A DNA stretch of 64,000 nt from the human T2T-CHM13v2.0 reference genome, Homo sapiens. Position numbers and translations under genes: made by a program. Position 1 is the stretch's first letter, and the number at the start of each line of letters is the position of its first letter. This document shows, piece by piece, positions 53,161 to 64,000 of the stretch. Below the pieces are notes generated by a model, which saw only the letters and a program-made list of their open reading frames with translations, searched no databases and was not told where the DNA came from. The stretch lies in NCBI RefSeq assembly GCF_009914755.1, contig NC_060931.1; one strand, 5' to 3'.

Positions 53161-53825
53161 TCAAGGAATGGCATTTTCAGCCTAAACATTTAGAGTTTGG
53201 AAGTTGTCTCTCTTATCTTCACAACATCAACAACAATAAAAAAAAAAAAAGAAAAAAGTCAACAACTTCCCTTAGTTCCATTAGATAATTAAAGTCACTG
53301 GGCAAGTTGCCACTTGCAAAATTCAAGGTACAGTTAAATGCAAAGAATCACAGCTGTAATCTCAGCTTGCCAGGAGCAGAAGCTTCTGGAGCAAGTGACT
53401 GACTGCTAAGAGTACTTAAGTGACAATTTTGATAAATGCTGGAGGCTGAGTGTGGGCTAGTTTGATAATTACTATTTCTTGAGAGTTCAGTGTTGGAGAG
53501 CGACACACTTTCATGGGTTTTACCTCCAGGGGTTCCATTAGATTCTCATGGTAAAAATCAGAAAAAAATCCCCTGCTCTTCTGGGAAGTAGTAGGAGGAA
53601 GATAACCATTAGAATTATTCCCAGGGCTTTCTTCATAACAAAGCACTATCCTGTAGAGAAAACCATTCCCTACCAGAACCTTTTCTGCTATGAATGCAAA
53701 TAATAATAAATTCAACCCTTCTAGTCTTTTTGTCTCATATAAGAAGAGAAAAAAATTGGCTAAGAAATGTTTTTAAAAGTCACAGCCCCAGGGACTGAGG
53801 CCCACTTTAAAAATGTGATTTAATC

Positions 53826-53890
53826 CCTGGGCGACAGAGTGAGACTCCATCTCAAAAAATAATAGTAATAATAATAATAATGATGATGAT
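53826..53890 (+). mobile_element. Alu 3' stub with (TAA)n/(TGA)n tail
   Basis: cctgggcgacagagtgagactccatctcaaaaaataatagtaataataataataatgatgatgat. Confidence 0.85.
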
Positions 53891-53952
53891 CTTATTAACC
53901 ACTTCCTCTTGCAGCACCTTACCACCACATCAAATTGGCTATAGCACAATAA

Positions 53953-54103
53953 CAGTGTTGTCTTTGCATTTCCCTATGAACTACTTCTTAAATAGAGTCT
54001 GTGTCTACTACTCAAATAGAGTCCCTTAGCTGTAACTAAGAGAGCTGCAAGACACAGACTCTATTTAAGATGTAGTTCGTAGAAAAACCCAAAGACAACA
54101 CTG
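53953..54103. repeat. 54-bp inverted repeat with 43-bp spacer
   Basis: 53953-54006 is the reverse complement of 54050-54103 with about 6 mismatches. Confidence 0.93.
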
Positions 54104-54539
54104 GAGAAAAAAACAAATAAAACAAGGAAACTGGGATAACCTAAAGCCCCTGGTATCTGGAATTACAGCAAATGTTAAACAGCAAAACTCCCAGCCAGAT
54201 TAACATAAAACATTTCACTATAATTCTACATACCTAAGACCAAATTACCTGATACATCATAGTTACTTTCAAAAAAGAATTACAAAGCATGCAACAGGCA
54301 GGAAAAAAAAAAAACAGTCTGAAGTAACAAAGGATATATCATGGATTCAAACATCATCAGATAGGGAAATTAAAATTACTATGATTAATATATTAAATGC
54401 TCTAATGCAAAAAATAGATGACACACAAGAACAGATAGGCAATTTAACCACCGATCCAGGACGCTCAGAGAAAACTAAGCAGGATAAACATCAAAAAATA
54501 ATTCTACATAGTCATATATTTAAACATAGAAGACCAAAG

Positions 54540-56532
<1,993 letters not shown>

Positions 56533-57030
56533 TGAGGAAAATTCTGCAAAAAGTCAAAACAGAAAACCTTACCTCTAGAGTAACGAGGAAAAGAATGACA
56601 TTGGTCTGTATGTTGGACTTCAAAAACCCATGCTAAATGACTGAGTGGAGTCAGACATTTAAAGTTTAACAACAACAACAAATCACTGCTCTGCCTCCAG
56701 TGAAATTATCTTTCAAAGGCATAAAATATATAAACACTTTCTCAGATGAACAAAATCTGGGGGAATTTGTTGCCTTAGAAATATGTTAATAGAATTTCTT
56801 TAGAGAGAAAGAAAATGACATAGATTATAAACTTGGATATACATAAAGAAAAAACAATCAGAGAAGAAATAAAAAAATGAAAGATTTAATTTAATCTAAT
56901 AGCTGGGAAAAATAATAGCAGCAATATATTGGGTGATTATAGCACGTAGATAAGTTAAATGAATGACAGCAGTGTCATAAGTGATAGGAGGAAAGACTGA
57001 GAGATATTCCGTTATGTGGCACCTACATTA

Positions 57031-57543
57031 CGTAGCGGAGAACAGTTCTCCCAGTTGCCTTAGATTAACTCATGTATTCCCCGTTTCTCACTTGTAGTTC
57101 TCAAGAATAACTGTAGAATGTGTGGGGAATGCAACATCCTGAGTTGAGGGGCTGGTCAGAACAGCCTAGGCTCTGCTCTTGGCTCCTCTAGAAAAAGGAG
57201 GTTTTTCAACACTTTAGTTAGTGCAGTGGATCCTGTGTCCTTTGGGGTATAAAAGTCATGGAAGGCTGCTTCCTGAGGCCACTGAGCATCAGCGCAAGTG
57301 GGGCATGCATAGAAAAGATTCCATCTGCCCCGAGCAGCTTTACTGAGCCTTAGGGGACAGGTTGACACTAAACCGTAGGCTTCTGCTGTCCTTTGTTACC
57401 TATCTGTAAGTACCAAACCCATTTCATGCAAGTTGCGTGTGTGAGTGCTCTGTTTCACAGGACTTAGGTGAGTAGTAGACATCACAGCCCAAGATGCAGA
57501 GGACTCAAGTGGTAACTCATGCATGGTTGACCGGCTTTGTACA
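57031..57543 (+). mobile_element. LTR47-type solo LTR (ERVL)
   Basis: cttgtagttctcaagaataactgtagaatgtgtggggaatgcaacatcctgag; TATA ggtataaaa; TSD-like catta/catga. Confidence 0.78.
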
Positions 57544-57583
57544 CATGAAGGGTATAATGTTATTTGAAAGTAAATTTAGATTC

Positions 57584-57885
57584 TTTTTTTTTTTTTTTTT
57601 TTGAGACGGAGTCTCTCTCTGTCGCCCAGGCTGGAGTGCAGTGGCGCGAACTCAGCTCACTACAAGCTCCGCCTCCCAGTTTCAGGCCATTCTCCAGCCC
57701 CAGCCTCCCGAGTAGCCGGGACACCAGGCGCCCGCCACCACGCCCGGCTAATTTTTTTTGTATTTTTAGTAGAGACGAGGTTTCACCGTGTTAGCCAGGA
57801 TGGTCTCGATCTCCTGACCTCGTGATCCGCCCATCTCGGCCTCCCAAAGTGCTGGGATTACAGGCGTGAGCCTCCGCGCCCAGCC
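57584..57885 (-). mobile_element. AluY
   Basis: CpG-rich dimer; TSD aatttagattc at 57573-57583 and 57886-57896. Confidence 0.95.
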
Positions 57886-58007
57886 AATTTAGATTCATTC
57901 TAAGTGCACATTGCAGCATCTAAACAAACACTTTCAAAAAAAGAAATATATTTGATAGTAAAGAAAAAATGAAAACTAGAAACATAAAATGCTCCATTAA
58001 AGCCAGG

Positions 58008-58412
58008 TAATGCATATATACATACAATGGAATATTCAACCTTAAAAAAGGAAGGGAATTCTGACACATGCTACACCATGGATGAACTTTGAGAAATTCA
58101 TGCTAAGTGAAATAATATAGCGGAATCAGACAAATATTTTATGATTTCACCTCTTTGAGGTACTTAGATTTTTCACATTCATGGGGACAGAAGGTAGAAT
58201 GGTGATTGTCAGGGACTGGGGCAAGTAACGTAGGGAACATTATGGTATGGCAGGTTAAAAGTTTCAGTATTTTAAAGTGAAAAGAATCCTGGAGATGCAT
58301 GGAGGTGATGGCTGCCAACAGTGGGAATGTACTTAATACCATGGAACTGTGCACTTAAAAATGGCTAAAATGGTAAATTTTATGTTATGTGTATTTTTAA
58401 ACAACCAAAAAG
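58008..58412 (+). mobile_element. L1MB3-like 3' end
   Basis: gaattctgacacatgctacaccatggatgaac...cacttaaaaatggctaaaatggtaaattttatgttatgtgtatttt. Confidence 0.82.
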
Positions 58413-59749
58413 AAAAGCATGTAAGAGTGAAAAAGAGAGGAATAAAAAATATTTAAATCTAAATCTAAATATATTATAGAGATATGGCTGAAAATATATA
58501 ATATAAATATATTATATTATATATATATATGGCTGAAAAAAGAGAAGAAAAAAGTAAAAAATTGCAGCAAATACACCACATTTATAAACATCAGAAAAAC
58601 CAATCCATTTTTAATCACTTTATGTGTGAATGGCCCAAATAAACAAAATAAGACACAGACTGTCAGAGCTGACAAAAAATCACGACCTAACTCTATGTTG
58701 TCTACAAAAGACCCACTTTCAATATAAACACCCAGGTATATTAAAAGTAAAGGGATGGTGAAAGATATGCCTTGTTAATCTTAAAATAAGGCTGGAGTTT
58801 CAGAAGTTATATAATTTGGGGGGATTGAGTTGTTCATAATAGTCCTGTAGTATCCTCTTGATGACCCTAGTATCACTCATGATGACCCTGATGTATCGTG
58901 AGTTAATTCTTTCTATTTCTGACTGGTGCTCTGTTTTATGGATGGATAGCAAATTCTGCAACAATGCAATAGATCTTTTCATATAGTTTACAATTACATT
59001 CAAAATTGTTCGATGAAATCCACGTAGCTTATAAAATAAATGGTGCCAAATTCCCAAAACTCAAAAACGTCAATCTTAGACATATTAAAACAATGGTAAT
59101 CTAATGAAAATTTTAATTTTTATGCATGTTAACTATAATTTTATACACGTTAAGAAGTACATAAATGCTACAACAACTATGCTCATTATTGTGATAAAAA
59201 CCTGATATTCACTCATGGAAGTGATCATCAGAATGTTTGCAGCTTATGAGTTATTGTGAAGTGGTTGAACAAGGGTAATCTGAAGTCATACGGAGAATTG
59301 TAACACCAGACCAGGAAGGGTACAGCTCATAACATACGTGGTGAACTGAGGCAGCAGTTCTTATTTGTTATGCTATTCTGAATTTTTCTTCATTTCTTCT
59401 ATTTATTTTGGTTTTAATTTGTTCTTTTTCTAAATTAATTTCTTAAGGTAGAATCTGAGTTAGTTGCATTAGTATATCTTCCTTTCTAATTACACAAGTA
59501 ATGCTACAAAGTTCTCCAAACGCTGTTTTGACCATATTCCACAGATTATGGTAATTTTTGTTTTCGTTTTAGTTCAGTTAGAAATACTTTCTAATTACCT
59601 TTGATGTCTTCTTTTATGCAGAGTTATTTAAGAGTGTCCTATTTAGTTTCAAATATTTGGAGATTTGCCAAAATTTTTTAATTATAAATTTCTCATGTAA
59701 TTCAAGGGTGATCAAAGAATGTATTTCTATTACTTAAATGTATTTAAAT

Positions 59750-60945
59750 TTAATTATATGTATTATTCATACGTAATACTTGTACGTAGTTATGGGATAC
59801 GTGTGATATTTTGGTATGTATGCATACAATTTGTGATAATTAAATAAGGATATTTATCCACTATCTCAAACATTTATCATTTCTTTGTGTTGGGAACATT
59901 TCAAATCTTCTTTTCTAGCTATTTTGAAATATATAATAAATTATTGTTAACTGTAGGTGCCCTACTGTGCTATTAAACACTAGAATTTTTTCCTGTTAGC
60001 TAACTGTATTTTTGTGCACATTAACCATTTGCTCTTCATTCCCTCCTCCCCACTAAACTTCCCAGCCTCTGGTAACCACCAATCTACTCTCCATCTCCAT
60101 GAAATCCACTTTTTTTAGCTCCCACATATCGGTGAGAACATGTGATACCTGTTTATCTGTGCCAGGTTTATTTCACTTAACATAAGTTCTAGTTCCATCC
60201 ATGTTGCTGCAGATGACAGGATTTTATTTCATTTTATGTCAGAATAGTATTTTATTGTATATATAAATAGATGATATTTATATTGTATATAAATATATAA
60301 CTATATATTATAAATATTAAATATAATATAAATAAATATACTATTTTCTTTATCCATTCATCTGTTGATGGACACTAAGGTTGATTCTATACATTGGCTA
60401 TTATGAATAGTGCTGCAATAAACATGGGAGTGCAGATAGCTCTTCAATATAGTGATTTATTTTCTCTTGGGTATATCCTCAACAGTGGGATTGCTGCACC
60501 ATATGGTAGTTCTATTTTCCATTTTTTGAGGCACTTCCATACTGTCTTCAGTAGTAGCTGTACTAATTTACTGTCACACTGACAGTGCACAAGTGTCCTG
60601 CCTTTCCACATCCTCTCTGGCATTTTTTATTTCCTGTCTTTTTGCTAATAGCTATTTTAACTACGGTGGGTGAGATGATCATTGTGGTTTTGATTTGCAT
60701 TTCCCTGATGATTAGTGATGTAGAGCATTTTTTGTATGTCTGTTGGACATTTTTACGCCTTCCTTTGATAAAGGTCTATTCAGATCATTTGCCCATTTTT
60801 AAAATCAGATATTTATTTTTGGAATTGAGTTGTTTGAGTTCCTTATATATTCTGATTATTAATCTTGTGTCAGATCAATAGATTTCAAATATTTTCTCCC
60901 ATTTTGTAGGTTACCTCTTCACATTGTTGGTTGTTTCCTTTGCTT
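59750..60945 (-). mobile_element. L1MA5/6-like 3' end
   Basis: caaacatttatcatttctttgtgttgggaacattt...cccagcctctggtaaccacc. Confidence 0.82.
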
Positions 60946-61361
60946 GCTAATGATATTTATTTTATGGCATAGAATTTGTTCTGTCTTTGTAAATATTTTG
61001 TATTCATAATATTTAAAAAGTATTTTGGGCTGATTTGAATCAAATGTTTTAGTTATGTCTATTGGACCAAAATAATTGTATTTTATTTCCATGTTCATTT
61101 TTTAAAATCTATTATACTTGTCCCATTAACTACTGAGAGAGTGGTATTAAAATTGCCAGTTACAATTGTAGATTTCTCTAATTCTATTTTTAATTCTGTC
61201 AGTTTTTATCACATATATTTTGAAAATGTTATTAGGCACACAAACTATGTCTTCTTGATGAAAAGCCCCCTTGTCATAATGAAATGCCCTTTCTTATTCC
61301 TGATGGTTGCTGTTTTCCTAAATGTATTTTGGTTGATATTAATATAACAACTGCTGATTTC

Positions 61362-62680
61362 TTTTTTATTGTTATGGTAAAATACTTATAACATAGAATT
61401 CACAATTTTAAGCATTTATAAATGTGCAATTCTGTGGCATGAATCACATTCACATTTTGTGACCATCACTTCCCTCCATTTCCAGAAACTTCCATCTCCC
61501 CCAGCTGAGATTCTTTACCCATTAAAAATAACTTTCCACTTCACTCTGACATCAGCACTGGGCAACCACCATAATTTCTGTCTTCATGAATTTGACTACT
61601 CTATTATTGTGTATTGCACTATTTGGGATCATATAAGTGAAATCATACAATATTTTTCCTTGTCTTACTGGTTTATTTCATTTAGCATATCTTCAGGGTT
61701 TATCCATGTTGTTACATATCTTACAATCTTCTTCATTTTAAAGGCTAATATTCCATGGTAGGTATATAACAAATTTAGTTGATTTATCCATCAGTGGACA
61801 TTGTGTTGCTTCCCCCTTTTGACTATTATAAATAATTGTGCTGAAGGTAGTCAAATATGCTATCCCCAAATCCCCTTTAGCCTAAGGATTATTTTAAGCT
61901 GAAAGCAATTGAAGAAGCAGATACAAAATAAGCTCTCCAGCCTTTCTCCAATCTTTGCCTAAAAGCAAGAGGTAAATTTACAAGGCTGTCCCTCCTTCCC
62001 TCTTTACTGGGAAGGACAAACTTTCAGGGGGAGATTATTATGCATTGATATCAGCCTGGAGGCAGCACCAGACGAATCTATATAACAAACTTTACTATCT
62101 TTTAAGTACTATTAGATTCCCATGTATTTACCTCCCCCCACAATTTGCTGCTTCTAGAGACTCAAAGTCTTTTTCCTTTGTCTTGTCTCTTATCGAAAAT
62201 GTATTCTTCTTTGTTGAAAATGCCATATGCACCGGAGTTCTAAGCCACTTATTTGAGAATTACTCATTTCCTTGGTATCTCCTGTATCTCCTGTATATGA
62301 GAATCATATATTAATGAACATGTTTGTTTTTCGCTTGTAAATCTGTCTTTGTTAGAGGAAGCCCAACTAAAAATTCAGAAGGTAGAGGAAAAATTATTCG
62401 TCCTCCCCTACACTATTACGAACATGGGTGTACGAATATCTGTTCAAGTCCCTGCTTATATTTATTTGGGTATATAGTCAGAAGTAAAGTTGCTGGATCA
62501 TATAGTAATGCTTTGTTTAATTTTTTGAGGAATTGCCCTACTGTTTCTCACAGTGGCTCCATCATTTTACATTTTCACCAGCAATGCTTAAATATGTCAA
62601 TATTTTTCTCTCCACAAAAACACTTGCTATTTTTTTCTTTTCTTTTTTTTTTTTTGGATGATAGCCATCCTAATAGATAT
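61362..62680 (-). mobile_element. L1MB 3' end split by a MER34-type LTR
   Basis: tggtaaaatacttataacatagaattcac...; resumes gaacatgggtgtac after the LTR. Confidence 0.75.
61842..62412 (+). mobile_element. MER34-family solo LTR (ERV1)
   Basis: taaggattattttaagctgaaagcaattgaagaagcagatac...gaaggtagaggaaaaattattcgtcctcccctaca. Confidence 0.8.
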
Positions 62681-64000
62681 GACCTGCTCTCTTTTTGTGA
62701 GTGTTAACATGGTATATATTATTGTAACCTTTTATTTTAACCCATTTGTGTCTTTACGTTAAATGTAAAGACATTACGTGTCATAAGCATACGTCTCATA
62801 AGCAGGATAATTTGGGCTTCGCTTTTTATCCAATCTGACTATCTTGTAATTCTGGCAATTCTGTGATTTATATTTTATGTCATTAATTGAATGATCAGGT
62901 TTATCTATTATCTTTTTATTAGCTTTATATTTTCTCTATGTGTTTTTCATCCAAAGTGTTCTCTTTTCTGTCTTGTTTTGGATTAATTTAAATTTTTTTA
63001 TGATTTTAGTTTTCTATTTTGCTAATTATCTTTAGCTCTTTTAAGAATGTTTTCTAGTGTTCATCCAAGCAATATATCCATTTCATGCATAGTGTAAAAA
63101 CGAAACAATACTGCACTTCCATTTATCATTCCAAGCTTCATGTTATTTTTATATGATTTACTTATAAGTTACAAATGCCACAACGTATATATATATATAA
63201 TTTTAATCAGTCAATTATTTGTCAAAATACTTAAATTTTAGAAATAATCTTATTTTTTTCCCAATTTGGATACTTTTAAAAATCTTTATTTCCTTGCATA
63301 GTTCTCTGCTTTCATCTGGCAGATGGAATCTTTTTTCTTTTCTCTTGCCTGAGGAGTTTCTTGTAGTGCTGTCGTACTGACCATAGATTCTTTTAAAATT
63401 TCATGCCTAGAAAAGTCTTTATTTTATCTTCATTTTGAAAGACACTGTCTTCATGTGTAGAGTTCTAGGCTCACAGCTGTTTTATTTAGGATGCTGACGA
63501 CTTTTCTCACTGTGTTGTTTCCAGTGAGAATTATTTTCTCTTGCATACCTCCGTTCCCCTGTATGTAATATGCTCCCCTCCCCTTCAAAGCCTGGCTACT
63601 TTTAAGATTTTTTTCTCATCACTTTTGTGCATTTTTATTATAATGCACTTTTGTATTGTATTTCTTTGGCTTGGGTTTTGTGGAACTTTTTAAGTCTTGG
63701 TTTATGGTTTTAATAAAATTTGGAAAAATTTCCTTCATAATTTAAAAAAGTTTTTGCCTGCCCCCCAGCCCTAGAAATTCAAATCACCCCAATATTGGAC
63801 CCTTTCAAGTTGTCTCACAGCTCACCAAAGAGCTTTTCATTTTGTTTATGGTCTGTTTCTTTGTTTTGATTGTTTGTTTGTTTGTTTGTTTTTGATAGTT
63901 TGTCCATATGCCTCAGGCTCACTTTTAGGTCTCCTGCCCCTGCCATGTAAATCTGCCATTAATCTCACCCAGTATAATTTTTTACCTCAGATGGTGTAGT
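62680..64000 (-). mobile_element. Old L1M (ORF2 start to ORF1), probably continuous with pieces at 59370-59750 and 60950-61360
   Basis: Antisense L1 text (ttttatccaatctgac; aaagtctttattttatcttcattttgaaagac; aatttggaaaaattt). Confidence 0.6.

Overview
AT-rich, repeat-dense primate genomic DNA (AluY and LTR12C present, so catarrhine/hominoid, probably human). I see no credible protein-coding exon, and the ORFs I could trace come from repeats, low-complexity tracts or chance. The window is a layered record of mobile elements: L2/MIR, old L1M, L1PB/L1PA, MaLR (THE1/MLT1), ERV LTRs (MER41A, LTR12C, LTR16 plus internal, LTR47, MER34), Alus and DNA-transposon remnants. Non-routine items: (i) a TSD-flanked, polyadenylated ~0.5-kb retrocopy made only of mRNA 3'UTR-like sequence (37951-38461; resembles HNRNPH3 from memory); (ii) a truncated 7SK pseudogene (21913-22134); (iii) a ~150-bp inverted repeat of apparently unique DNA around an 813-bp spacer (9021-10139); (iv) several short fold-back inverted insertions or palindromes (16457-16514, 22409-22560, 53953-54103); (v) a twin-primed L1PA insertion; (vi) a CpG-rich solo LTR12C. 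Repeat subfamily names come from recalled consensus sequences and need RepeatMasker/Dfam confirmation. Boundaries without TSDs are approximate. I cannot support a genuinely new biological system; the recurrent fold-back scars are the best lead.
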